Shown here piece after piece: positions 19,211-29,182 of a DNA stretch of 64,000 bases; position 1 is the first letter of the stretch; the number at the start of each line of letters is the position of its first letter. The position numbers were made by a program, and so were the translations under genes. This DNA comes from an uncultured Clostridium sp. (GTDB lineage: Bacteria > Bacillota_I > Bacilli_A > RF39 > UBA660): positions 6,162 to 70,161 of the forward strand of contig CABULC010000005.1 in the NCBI GenBank assembly GCA_902492325.1, in the 5' to 3' direction. The notes under the pieces were generated by a model. It did not search any database. It was not told where the DNA came from and saw only the letters and a list, made by a program, of their open reading frames with translations.

Positions 19211-21367
19211 ATGAAGAAATACATATTAGGAAATATTAGAAAAATTATTTATGAGAGTAATAACGGGCCATATAAAGTTGGTATTTTTAAAGTACGTGAA
19301 ACTAATGATGATGAGATGAGTGAGTATGTTAATAAAGTTATTGGTTTTACTGGTAATTTTGCTGAAGTTAATCCTGATGTTGATTATATACTATATGGTA
19401 GACTTGTAGAACATCCTAAATATGGAAGTCAATTTGAAGTTTTAAATTATGAAATAAAAGCACCAAGTGATTTGGATAGTTTGGTATTATATTTAAGCAG
19501 TGGAATGTTTAAAGGAATTGGTCTTAAGACAGCTAAACGTATTGTTGAAAGATTTGGGACAGATACTATAAAAACCATAAAAGAAAATCCTGAAAATATT
19601 GCTACTGTTAGTGGAATGACTATTACTAAAGCAAGACGTATGCATGATAAAATATTAGAAAATGAATATAATCAAGATTTAATACTTAAATTAAATGGTT
19701 ATGGATTTAGTGTACGTGAAGCTATAGATTTGATAACAATATACGGAAGTAATCTTCAAAATAAAATAGAAGAAAATATATATGATTTAGTAGAACATAT
19801 TACTTTTGATAAACTAGATATTATGTTTTTAAAAGATAATGATGAAATGGATAAAAGAAGAATAGAAGCACTAATTCTTCATAATATATATACTACTTGT
19901 TATGAAACAGGAGATACGTTAGTACTTAAAGATGAGCTATTTATTAAAATGAAAAGATGCTTTAAAGGTGTATTTGCAGCAGAAGAATATCTTAAATATA
20001 TAGATAGTTTAGCATTAAAAGCAAAGATAGTTTTATTTAATGAGTATGTTACGTTAAGTGACTTTTATAATACTGAAAAATCTATTCTTATGGATATAAA
20101 TAGAATTAATGATATTAAAAATACTATTAAACCAGATAAAATTGATACATATATAAGTGAATATGAAAAGATAAATTCTATTACATTTAATAATGATCAA
20201 AAAGAAGCAATAAAGGGAGCAATATTAAATAATTTCTTTATAATAACTGGTGGCCCTGGTACTGGAAAGACAACTATTATTAAAGCAATTGTTATGATTT
20301 TAAAAGATATACTTGATTTGAATCATGAAGATATTGCTTTACTTGCACCAACTGGTAGAGCTAGTAAAAGAATGGCTGAGAGTGTAGGAGCACCTGCTTA
20401 TACAATACATAAATTTTTAAAATGGAATAAAGAAACAGAATCTTTCTTAATAGATGAATATAATAAATCTCAAGAAAAAGTAGTAATAGTAGATGAGAGT
20501 TCTATGATAGATATATTCTTATTTTCATCATTACTTAAAGGACTTAAATTAAATGTTAAATTAATATTAGTAGGGGATGCTAATCAGCTTCCTTCTATAG
20601 GTCCTGGTGACTTACTTAATGATTTATTACATATTAGTACTATTAAAAATAAGTATTTAAATACTATTTATAGAGTTAAAGAAGGAAGTTATATAACATA
20701 CTTAGCAAATGATATTAAGAATAGAAAACATTTTGATAAGTTTCCAACTAACTATAGTGATTTTAAATTCATTGAAAGTAATGATGATGATATTAAAAAA
20801 TATCTTAGTGAAATAGTTAATAAAGCAGTTGAAAAGGGTATTCATAGTGAAAACTTTCAAGTGCTTGCGCCTATGTATAAAGGACTTAATGGAATAGATA
20901 GTTTAAATAGTATGATGGCTGATATATTTAATCCTAACGCTGAAAAGTTTGTTATAGGAGATAAATACTATAGAGTTAATGATAAAGTTATACAACTTGT
21001 AAATGATGTGGATAACAACGTTTATAATGGTGATATAGGATATATAAGAGATATATATTATCTTGATAAAAAGATGGTTGTTGAAATAGATTATTCTGGT
21101 AATATAGTTGAATATAAGAGTGGAGAATTTGATAAGTTTAATCTTGCTTATGCAGTTAGTATTCATAAAAGTCAAGGAAGTGAATATGCTAATGTTGTAA
21201 TAATACTTGCTCGTAGTTTTAATAGAATGTTTTATAATAAATTAATATATACAGCAGTTACTCGTGCTAAGAGTTCACTGATAATACTAGGAAGTATAGA
21301 TTCACTTAATAAATCAGTTCTTACTAATTATGGAGCAAATAGAAATACTTATTTAAAATACGTATAA
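19211..21367 (+). CDS. recD2: ATP-dependent RecD-like DNA helicase
   Basis: 718 aa. HhH region (GIGLKTAKRIVERFG), Walker A GGPGTGKTT, Walker B VIVDESSM. C-terminal YAVSIHKSQGSEY and TAVTRAKSSLIILG motifs. Confidence 0.9.
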   Translation: MKKYILGNIRKIIYESNNGPYKVGIFKVRETNDDEMSEYVNKVIGFTGNFAEVNPDVDYILYGRLVEHPKYGSQFEVLNYEIKAPSDLDSLVLYLSSGMFKGIGLKTAKRIVERFGTDTIKTIKENPENIATVSGMTITKARRMHDKILENEYNQDLILKLNGYGFSVREAIDLITIYGSNLQNKIEENIYDLVEHITFDKLDIMFLKDNDEMDKRRIEALILHNIYTTCYETGDTLVLKDELFIKMKRCFKGVFAAEEYLKYIDSLALKAKIVLFNEYVTLSDFYNTEKSILMDINRINDIKNTIKPDKIDTYISEYEKINSITFNNDQKEAIKGAILNNFFIITGGPGTGKTTIIKAIVMILKDILDLNHEDIALLAPTGRASKRMAESVGAPAYTIHKFLKWNKETESFLIDEYNKSQEKVVIVDESSMIDIFLFSSLLKGLKLNVKLILVGDANQLPSIGPGDLLNDLLHISTIKNKYLNTIYRVKEGSYITYLANDIKNRKHFDKFPTNYSDFKFIESNDDDIKKYLSEIVNKAVEKGIHSENFQVLAPMYKGLNGIDSLNSMMADIFNPNAEKFVIGDKYYRVNDKVIQLVNDVDNNVYNGDIGYIRDIYYLDKKMVVEIDYSGNIVEYKSGEFDKFNLAYAVSIHKSQGSEYANVVIILARSFNRMFYNKLIYTAVTRAKSSLIILGSIDSLNKSVLTNYGANRNTYLKYV

Positions 21368-21429
21368 AATTTTAGAAATAATAAATAATAATATCAAAGG
21401 AGCGTGATATTATTAAAACTTTAGGAAAT

Positions 21430-21540
21430 ATGATAGCTTTTGCTTCAGGTGTGGGTGCGTGCCTAGTTTATAAGAAATATGAAAAAGACATTATGAATTA
21501 TATGCAAAAGATGTCAAAAACATTATCAGAAGGAAAATAG
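21430..21540 (+). CDS. possible small membrane peptide (36 aa)
   Basis: MIAFASGVGACLVYKKYEKDIMNYMQKMSKTLSEGK. Weak AGGA RBS. Followed by a strong terminator. Not in the >=60-aa track. Confidence 0.2.
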   Translation: MIAFASGVGACLVYKKYEKDIMNYMQKMSKTLSEGK

Positions 21541-21566
21541 TTCTAAAATTGAACTATTTTTTTAAT
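21536..21566 (+). terminator. rho-independent terminator
   Basis: AATAGTTC-taaaatt-GAACTATT stem plus TTTTTTT. Confidence 0.7.
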
Positions 21567-21606
21567 AGAAAGTGTGTTATTATTATGATGATAGGAGTGG
21601 AAAAGT

Positions 21607-22779
21607 ATGATTGAAAAATTCAAAAAAGATGAAGATAAAAAAGTTAATACTAAAAAAGTTAATGAATTAGTTAGTACTGGTAATAAGATTTTAAAAATAA
21701 TGTATATATTATTTGCGATAGTATTAATATATGTACTTGGTTTAATATTTAAAGAATGGCATATATTATCATTTATTGGTAAAATATTTTCAATAATATC
21801 TCCATTATTTATTGGGTGGTTTATTGCTTGGTTACTTAATCCTTTAGTAAAGAAACTTACTGATAAAGGGATAAAGAGAACACTTAGTGTAGTAATAGCA
21901 TATTTATTATTAATAGCTGTGTTATATGCTTTATTTGCATTTACTATACCATCACTTGGTACTCAAATATCTGAAATGGTTTCATCAATTCCTAAAATGG
22001 TAGAAGATGTTAAGGGATGGATAGATAATGTATTTATTAAATTATCAAATTTAAGTTTAGAAAATTTAGATGGTATAAAAGCTTCATTCTTAGGTAAGAT
22101 AGAAACATTTGCTCGTGATATTCAAACTAATATACCAGAAATGGCAATGACAGTTGTTTCATCGCTAGCTAGTGGAATAGGTAAGATAGCATTAAGTTTA
22201 ATCTTAGGATTCTATATATTATTTGACTTTGATAAAGTTAGTGCTGGATTTATTAATTTATTTCCTAAAAAATCTAGAAAAGAAGTTAAATATTTAATGG
22301 AACAATTAGACGATTCATTATTCTCATTTGTAAGTGGAACTTTATGGTTATCATTATTATTATTTGTAACTTCATTAATAGGTTTCTCTATAATAGGTTT
22401 AAATGCTCCAGTTCTTGTAACAATTGTATGTGTTATTACTAACTTAATTCCATATATTGGGCCTTATATGGGTGCTGCAGTTGCAGGTGCAATTGGATTT
22501 ACTCAAAGTCCATTAATAGGTATTTTAACATTAGTATTTATTGCTGTAGTTCAAACTATAGATGGAAATGTATTACAACCTTTAGTAATGAGTAAAAAGC
22601 TTAACTTAAGCCCTATAACTATTATTTTATCATTAATGATATTTGAATATTTATTTGGTATTTTTGGAATGGTAATTGCTACTCCAGTAGTTGCACTTCT
22701 TAAAATAATATATGTGTTCTTTGATGAAAAATATAATTTCTTTGGTTATAGAGATAAAGAAGAAAAAGATGAAGAATAG
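21607..22779 (+). CDS. AI-2E family transporter (PerM/UPF0118)
   Basis: 390 aa, ~8 TM helices. Characteristic N-terminal and central conserved segments. Acidic C-terminus. Confidence 0.7.
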   Translation: MIEKFKKDEDKKVNTKKVNELVSTGNKILKIMYILFAIVLIYVLGLIFKEWHILSFIGKIFSIISPLFIGWFIAWLLNPLVKKLTDKGIKRTLSVVIAYLLLIAVLYALFAFTIPSLGTQISEMVSSIPKMVEDVKGWIDNVFIKLSNLSLENLDGIKASFLGKIETFARDIQTNIPEMAMTVVSSLASGIGKIALSLILGFYILFDFDKVSAGFINLFPKKSRKEVKYLMEQLDDSLFSFVSGTLWLSLLLFVTSLIGFSIIGLNAPVLVTIVCVITNLIPYIGPYMGAAVAGAIGFTQSPLIGILTLVFIAVVQTIDGNVLQPLVMSKKLNLSPITIILSLMIFEYLFGIFGMVIATPVVALLKIIYVFFDEKYNFFGYRDKEEKDEE

Positions 22780-22857
22780 TTAAAACTATTCTTTTATTTT
22801 GCGTTGACTTATTCTTTTAAATGATATAGAATTAATTTTAGAATAAGAAGGTGCGTT

Positions 22858-23529
22858 ATGAAGAAAGTGGTAATAAAAGAGTTAGATAGAACATTTTTAG
22901 GAATAGATTTAATGTTATATTCTATATATGCAGTTATTGGATATATATTAATTGGTTTTCCTGAAATAGAGATATTAGATCCTATAGAATATTCTCCAGT
23001 ATTATTTTATATGTTTGGTTTATTTTCATTAATTGCATATTTTTCAAATAGAAGAATTGGAGATTATGAATATTTGTTTTTAGGATTAATAAATGTAATA
23101 ATTGGCTCTTTTGTTCTTGTAAATGTATTGTATGGCAATGATGCTTTAATAATAACTTTGGCTGTCTCTGCTTATTCATTAGCAATTATATTAAATAAAT
23201 CTTATCATTTATTTAATATGTTTAAAAATAAAGATATTAATTTTTATCCTAAAACTATAACAGTTATTTTATTAGTATTTATAGGATTTTTAACTATTTC
23301 ACCATTGTTTGCTAAGTATGCTGCTGCTAATATGATTCTTGGATATTATTTTATGTCTTTTGGACTTATTAACTTACTTGAAGTTTTAACTACTATAATA
23401 ATTAGAAATCCAAAATTAGATAAAGCTTTATCTTCTTTAGTTGGTTTAGAACCTAAGAAAAAGAATAAAAAAAAAGTAGTTTTAAAAGAGATAAAAAAGG
23501 AAAAAATAAATAAGAGTACTAAAGATTAA
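22858..23529 (+). CDS. polytopic membrane protein with Lys-rich C-terminal tail
   Basis: 223 aa, ~6 hydrophobic helices, C-terminal KKKNKKKVVLKEIKKEK. Confidence 0.45.
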   Translation: MKKVVIKELDRTFLGIDLMLYSIYAVIGYILIGFPEIEILDPIEYSPVLFYMFGLFSLIAYFSNRRIGDYEYLFLGLINVIIGSFVLVNVLYGNDALIITLAVSAYSLAIILNKSYHLFNMFKNKDINFYPKTITVILLVFIGFLTISPLFAKYAAANMILGYYFMSFGLINLLEVLTTIIIRNPKLDKALSSLVGLEPKKKNKKKVVLKEIKKEKINKSTKD

Positions 23530-23581
23530 TTCTTTAGTATTTTTTTATTTAATATTCATATAAATTAATGAGGTGAAAGAA

Positions 23582-23845
23582 ATGGATATAATAAAAGTTT
23601 CAAGTAAAAGTATTTCTCAAAAGGTTGCTGGAAGTATAGCTAACTCTTTTAGAGAGGGGTGTAGTGAAGTAGAAATACAAACTGTAGGAGCAGGAGCAGT
23701 AAATCAAGCTATTAAGGCTATTTCTATTGCTAGAGGTTTTGTTGCTCCACTTGGTATGAATTTAATGTGTACTCCTGCTTTCTATGATGTAGTTATAGAT
23801 GGTAAAGAGAAAACAGCTATTAAATTATTAGTACAAAATAAATAA
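23582..23845 (+). CDS. spoVS: stage V sporulation protein S homologue
   Basis: ~87 aa, collinear with Bacillus SpoVS (KVSSKS...VAGSIA...EVEIQTVGAGAVNQAIKAISIARGF.APLGM.L.C.PAF.D..IDG.E.TAIKL.V). AGGTGA RBS 5 nt before ATG 23582; the track start is the GTG inside the RBS. Confidence 0.85.
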   Translation: MDIIKVSSKSISQKVAGSIANSFREGCSEVEIQTVGAGAVNQAIKAISIARGFVAPLGMNLMCTPAFYDVVIDGKEKTAIKLLVQNK

Positions 23846-23864
23846 GCAACTAATGTTGCTTTTT

Positions 23865-24383
23865 TTAGTGAATTACTTTATCAAGTTTAATATCATATTT
23901 ATCTATTGGCAACTTTTTGATAATTGTTTCTTTGTATGATAAACCAATAGTATAAATATTTTTATTTGATAAAAACTTATCATAATATCCTTTACCATAA
24001 CCAAGCCTGTAATTTTCTTTATCAAAACATAATCCTGGTACTATGCAAATAGAATTATCAAAGTTAGTAACTTTATTTGTAGTAATAGGTTCTAAAATAT
24101 TAAATGATCCTTTTGATAAGTCATTAAAAGAATCTATGTAGTAAAAATTCATTTCGTTACCATTAACTTTTGGCACAGCTACTTTTTTCTTACCTAAAAA
24201 ATACTTAATAATATTTAAAGTATCTACTTCATTATTAAAAGATACATATATTAAAATAGTATCTGCTTTTTTGACTTTTTCTAAACTAATTACTTTATTA
24301 AAAATAATTTCATTTTGAATATTTCTATCTTTTATATTATTTCTAATATATTTATAAATTTTTCTTAATTCATTTTTATTCAT
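23865..24383 (-). CDS. 5-formyltetrahydrofolate cyclo-ligase
   Basis: 172 aa. C-terminal GYGKGYYD motif and overall MTHFS pattern. Confidence 0.8.
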   Translation of the reverse strand: MNKNELRKIYKYIRNNIKDRNIQNEIIFNKVISLEKVKKADTILIYVSFNNEVDTLNIIKYFLGKKKVAVPKVNGNEMNFYYIDSFNDLSKGSFNILEPITTNKVTNFDNSICIVPGLCFDKENYRLGYGKGYYDKFLSNKNIYTIGLSYKETIIKKLPIDKYDIKLDKVIH

Positions 24384-24482
24384 AATATAATTGTATCATA
24401 CTTTATCTGTAAATATATTTTAAAAATATAGAAATAGATTATTAAATAGTGTATAATATTTTAATAGATGGAGGTATCGATA

Positions 24483-25313
24483 ATGATATATACAACTATA
24501 TTGAAAATAGCAGCTAAGATACTAGATATTGCTGTTGTGTGGTTCATGTTTTATGAATTATTAAAGTATTCTAGAAATAATTTTAAGTTAACATTAATAT
24601 TTAAGGGAGTAATAATAATAGTATTATTAAAGTTCTTGAGTGACTTTTTAAATTTAAATACTGTTGGTATTATACTTGAATATGTAATTTCTTGGGGACC
24701 TTTGGCGTTGATTATAATATTTCAACCAGAAATTAGAAATGCTCTTGAAAGTATTGGTAGAAGTCAATTACTTGGTAGACATAAGACATTAACAGTAGAT
24801 GAAAGAGAAAAAATGGTTTATGAAATAGTTAATGCTTTAGATTATTTAAAGAAAAATAAAATTGGAGCATTAATAGTTATTGAAAGAGATTATAGTTTAG
24901 CTCAATATATAGAACCAGCTACTAAGTTATATGCTGATATTACAAGTGAGTTATTAATATCTATATTCTGGAAGAATAATCCACTTCATGATGGTGGTGT
25001 TATTATTCAAGGTGATAAGATTACTTGTGCTGGAAGCGTATTCCCAACAAGTTCAAACCCTAATATTTCTAAGAGACTAGGTACTCGTCATAGAGCAGCT
25101 CTTGGAATAAGTGAAATTTCAGATTGTATTTCAGTAATAGTTAGTGAAGAGACTGGTAGAATATCAATCGCTATTCAAAGTGATTTACATTATAATTTAT
25201 CATTAGATGATGCTAGAATGTTACTATTAGAAGAGTTACAACCAAAGAAAGAAACATTCTATGAAGCTGATACTATAGAAAGCGAAGGTGATGAAGATGA
25301 AAAAAATGCTTAA
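24483..25313 (+). CDS. cdaA: diadenylate cyclase (c-di-AMP synthase)
   Basis: N-terminal TM helices then DAC domain with DGG/GTRHRAA motifs (HDGGVIIQ...LGTRHRAALG). GGAGG RBS 8 nt before ATG 24483. Confidence 0.9.
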   Translation: MIYTTILKIAAKILDIAVVWFMFYELLKYSRNNFKLTLIFKGVIIIVLLKFLSDFLNLNTVGIILEYVISWGPLALIIIFQPEIRNALESIGRSQLLGRHKTLTVDEREKMVYEIVNALDYLKKNKIGALIVIERDYSLAQYIEPATKLYADITSELLISIFWKNNPLHDGGVIIQGDKITCAGSVFPTSSNPNISKRLGTRHRAALGISEISDCISVIVSEETGRISIAIQSDLHYNLSLDDARMLLLEELQPKKETFYEADTIESEGDEDEKNA

Positions 25314-26670
25314 GAAAATAGGTAAGTTCTTCGCTAGATTATTTAAGATGTTATATAAAGTAATTGATGTTTTACTTGTAACACCAATATCTAAGGCAGT
25401 ATATTTTATAGGTGATAAATTCAGTAATAAAAATGGAAACTTAGATAAATTTTTAAATAAACCTAATACATTAATATATGTTTCATTGATTTGTGCGTTT
25501 GCTGCTTTCTTTGCAGTAGATAGAAAGGTTATTAATTTAGTTGAAACTGAAGCTATAGTTTTATCTAATCAACCTGTAGTTGCTGAATATAATGAAGAAG
25601 CATATGTAGTTGAGGGAATACCTGAAACTGCTGATATAGTGCTTATGGGTAGAAAGAGTGATTTATACTTAGCAGAACAATTAGGTGATCATAAATTAAC
25701 ACTTGATTTAACTGGTTTATCTGCTGGTACTCATAAAGTTAATATTAAATATAATAATCCAATTAAATCATTAGATTATAAAGTAGACCCATCAAGGGCT
25801 ACAATAGTTATATATCCTAAAGTTAGTGCTTCTCGTACAGTTACTACTGATATATTAAATAAAGATAAATTAGGAAGTACACTTGTAATAAGTTCTATTA
25901 AACTTGATAGAGATGAAGTAATTATTAAATCATATAAAGAAAAATTAGAGAAGGTTGCTAGTGTTAAAGCGTTAGTTGATGTTAATGCATTAAATGCTAA
26001 TAGTGCTGGTACATATACTTTAGAAAACGTTAAATTAATTGCTTATGATGAAAAAGGTACAGAAATTAAAGATATAGAAATAGTTCCAGGTACAATAACT
26101 GCTACTGTTGTAATATCAAGCCCAAGTAAGACTGTTCCGGTTAAAGTTGTTCCAGTTGGAGAAGTTGCTAGTGGAAGTGCTATTAGTTCAATAACTTCAA
26201 ATGTAACTACTGTAACATTATATGGTGAAGAAGATGTACTTAAAGATATTAGTGAAATAGAAGTAGAAATAGATGTAAATGGACTTAGCAAAGATAAGAC
26301 GTTCCAAGAAACAATAGTTAAACCTACTGGTGTTAGATCAATGTCTGATACGGCAGTAACTATTAAAGTTAAAATGGAAGGTGAAACATCTAAAGAGTTT
26401 AAAGATATACCAATTGTATTTGAACATTTAGATACAACTAAATATAAACCGCTTGCTAAGAATGCTAGTGATACTAAAGTAAATGTAGTTGTTAAAGGCG
26501 TTAAATCAGTACTTAATAAATTAGATTCTAAAGATATAAAAGCATATGTTGATTTATCAGATTTAGAGCCAGGTACATATGAAGTTCCAGTAATGGTAAC
26601 TGGAAACGACTTGAAGCTTACATATTCATCTAGAACTACTAAAATAGAAGTAATAATAGCTAAAAAGTAA
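25288..26670 (+). CDS. cdaR: CdaA regulatory protein CdaR (YbbR-domain protein)
   Basis: N-terminal membrane anchor plus repeated YbbR-like beta domains. Overlaps the 3' end of cdaA (canonical cdaA-cdaR arrangement). glmM does not follow. Confidence 0.8.
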   Translation: MMKMKKMLKKIGKFFARLFKMLYKVIDVLLVTPISKAVYFIGDKFSNKNGNLDKFLNKPNTLIYVSLICAFAAFFAVDRKVINLVETEAIVLSNQPVVAEYNEEAYVVEGIPETADIVLMGRKSDLYLAEQLGDHKLTLDLTGLSAGTHKVNIKYNNPIKSLDYKVDPSRATIVIYPKVSASRTVTTDILNKDKLGSTLVISSIKLDRDEVIIKSYKEKLEKVASVKALVDVNALNANSAGTYTLENVKLIAYDEKGTEIKDIEIVPGTITATVVISSPSKTVPVKVVPVGEVASGSAISSITSNVTTVTLYGEEDVLKDISEIEVEIDVNGLSKDKTFQETIVKPTGVRSMSDTAVTIKVKMEGETSKEFKDIPIVFEHLDTTKYKPLAKNASDTKVNVVVKGVKSVLNKLDSKDIKAYVDLSDLEPGTYEVPVMVTGNDLKLTYSSRTTKIEVIIAKK

Positions 26671-26728
26671 AGAGTAATCTTTACTTTTTTAATTGTAATA
26701 AAAAATTAGTATGATATAATTAAAATAG

Positions 26729-28507
26729 GTGAATGATGTGAAAAATAAAAATGGATTTTCTTTAATTGAATTGCTTGGAGTAATTGCGATAGTTGCAATT
26801 TTAACGTTAATGACTGTTCCTGCAGTTTTAGAAATATATAATAAGAATGTAATAAAGAGTATGCATATACAAGAAACTGAGATTAAAGATGCTGCTAATT
26901 TATTTGTAGAAGATTATTGTAAAACTTCAATTGATCAGACTAAGATTTGTCCTAAGAGTTATAGTACTGCAGTTAATAATAAGAAAACTGTTTGTCTTAA
27001 AGACCTTCAAAATAAATCAGATAAATATATTGATACGGTTAAATATAAAGGCTCTGATTGTAAATGATATGTTACATATTATTTAGATTCTGAAACTGGT
27101 GTCTATGGAAATGAAAAAACATATTTATTTTGTGGTAGGGGTGAAGACAATACTTATGCATATATGACTGATAGTAATTATGATCATAAAGAGTATTGTA
27201 AGTGTAGTGATGATGAGAAAATATGTGGTTCTTCTTATCCATTACTTTATAATGTTTTAAAAAATGAAGAAGAAAATGGCGGTTTAGTAAAAAAATATGA
27301 TGGTATTCATAATGATTCTTATAATGAAACTGGAAATAAAGATATATATTATTATAGAGCTGAAACAAATGATGATGTAAATAAAATATTAAATAAAAAT
27401 AATGTGCTATTTGGAAACTATTGTTGGCAAATAATAAGAACTACAGATATGGGTGGTGTTAGGTTATTATATAATGGTGAACCAAATGTTGTTGATGGAA
27501 AAAAACAATGTTATAATGATACAACAATTCGTTCAATTGGAAAATCAAAATTTAATGATGGGTATGATTCTATTGGCTATGTTGGTTATATGTATAATAA
27601 AAGTGAAACAGAAAAATACAAGTACACTTATAAAAAAATGATTGATGTTCAAGGGTCATCTTATACATTTAAATATTCTACTAGTTTTGATTATAAGAAT
27701 GGTGTATATACTTTAAAGGATGACATAAAAGAGATTAAGGCCGCTTATCCAGGCAATGTTAAAAATAGACATTATACTTGTTTAAGTGATTCTGAAACTT
27801 GTAAAAATGGAGAAATATATTATATTACTGGTTTTGAATATGATGGTGATGATTGGCATCTATACTATATAACATTGAAAAATGGAAATAGTGTTGAAGA
27901 TGCATTGAATTCTATGCTGTATAATGATGTTAATAAAGATGATTCATCAATAAAAAAATATATTGATAATTGGTTCGAACAAAAATTATTAAATTTTTCT
28001 GATTATTTAGAAGATAGTGTTTATTGTAATGATAGAACTATTATTGATTATAGTAATTGGGATTCTAAAAGTAATTGTACTTCTTTTGGTTCAGCTTACG
28101 AAACTTTAAAATTTAAAAATTATAATTTAAATAATGATCTTTATTGTACAAATATTACTGATAGATTTAGTGTTAATAATAATAAAGCTAAATTGAAATA
28201 TCCTATTGGATTAATTACTCTTCCTGAATTATATTTACTTAAAGACGGTTCCACATCTGCTCCTTATAGAGAAGGATTTTATACAATGTCTCCTTTAAGA
28301 TCCTTTAATTATAGTGAATTAGTTAATGGTTCGTTATTTGGTAACAATTATTTTCAGGCACCTAATAATTATTATTTAACTATAGGAAGTAGTGCGAGTA
28401 TAGAGACTTATGTACGTCCTGTTATAACACTTGCTTCTAATACTGAATATTTAAAAGGAGATGGAAGTTCTACTAATCCATATATTATTATTACTGATAA
28501 CAAATAA
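26729..28507 (+). pseudogene. prepilin-type N-terminal surface protein gene interrupted by an in-frame nonsense codon (TGA at 27065-27067)
   Basis: ORFs 26729-27067 and 27164-28507 are in the same frame. The first ~110 aa are ~75-80% identical to the N-terminus of the 53206 protein. At the stop position the paralogue has GGA (Gly, 53542-53544), so the change is GGA->TGA. Likely start is GTG 26738 (VKNKNG^FSLIELL) after AGGTGA. Confidence 0.7.
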
Positions 28508-28521
28508 TTTTAAAAAAGGGG

Positions 28522-28550
28522 TTTACATTTTAAAAATAATATTGTATAAT
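28522..28550 (+). promoter_or_regulatory. sigma-A type promoter of the rplJL operon
   Basis: -35 TTTACA (28522-28527), 17-bp spacer, extended -10 TGtTATAAT (28542-28550). Confidence 0.6.
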
Positions 28551-28556
28551 CTAATT

Positions 28557-28662
28557 CGTGAAGTGACCAAAGACAGTAAGTACAGAAGTAAATCTTACCG
28601 AGGAAACAATGAATAATGACGATTATTATGAGTTTCCTTGTCATGAGGAAACTTTTTAATTT
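28557..28662 (+). promoter_or_regulatory. ribosomal protein L10 leader (autoregulatory attenuator)
   Basis: Untranslated leader before rplJ. Terminator hairpin GAGTTTCCT-tgtcatg-AGGAAACT + TTTTT (28630-28660). Upstream GAGGAAAC (28600-28607) can alternatively pair with GTTTCCTT to form an anti-terminator. This matches the L10(L12)4-controlled attenuation leader of Firmicutes. Confidence 0.6.
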
Positions 28663-28677
28663 ATGAAAGGAGACTAT

Positions 28678-29181
28678 ATGGCAAGTAAAGAGATACTTAA
28701 ACAAAAAGAAGCTGTTGTAAAAGAAATAACTGAAAAATTAGATAATTCTAAAACATTCTTGTTATTAAATTATCAAGGTTTAACAGTTAGTGAATTTGCA
28801 GAGTTAAGAAGAAGTTTAAGAGAAGTTAATTCTGATGTAAAAATTTATAAAAATACTCTTATGAATATTGCATTAAATCAAAAGAATATTAAATTAAATG
28901 ATTACATGGAAGGACCAAATGCTTATCTTTTTGCTGATTCTATTATTGAACCAATCAAAGTTGTTAGTAAGTTTGCTAAAGAACATCCAGCTCTTGAAGT
29001 TAGAGTAGGATATATTGATTCAGAATTTGCTGATAGCAAAATCATTGCTGAATATGCAACTATTCCAAGTATGGAAGGATTACTTACAATGTTTGCTGGT
29101 GGCTTAATTGAACATGTAAGAAATTTAAGTATTGCATTAAATCTATATGCTGAAAAGTTAGAAGAAGGAGGAAATAATTAA
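28678..29181 (+). CDS. rplJ: 50S ribosomal protein L10
   Basis: Collinear with bacterial L10. AAAGGAG RBS before ATG 28678; the track ORF starts at an ATG that lies within the RBS. Confidence 0.93.
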   Translation: MASKEILKQKEAVVKEITEKLDNSKTFLLLNYQGLTVSEFAELRRSLREVNSDVKIYKNTLMNIALNQKNIKLNDYMEGPNAYLFADSIIEPIKVVSKFAKEHPALEVRVGYIDSEFADSKIIAEYATIPSMEGLLTMFAGGLIEHVRNLSIALNLYAEKLEEGGNN

Positions 29182-29182
29182 T

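Noticed and set aside
27065-27067. TGA read as Trp (Mollicutes-type code 4), which would fuse 26729 and 27164 into one gene
   Set aside because: Trp is encoded by TGG throughout the conserved genes (leuS, rpoB, rpoC). Long housekeeping ORFs are intact under the standard code. TGA terminates other genes (e.g. 4031-4033). The paralogue has GGA (Gly) rather than TGG at this position.
27072-27641. His/Tyr-rich 98-aa minus-strand ORF and a 62-aa plus-strand ORF within the prepilin pseudogene
   Set aside because: They are alternative frames of a region whose primary frame matches a paralogue. Compositionally biased.
28510-28704. 64-aa minus-strand ORF across the rplJ leader
   Set aside because: It overlaps the promoter/attenuator and the rplJ start. 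The leader structure explains the sequence better.
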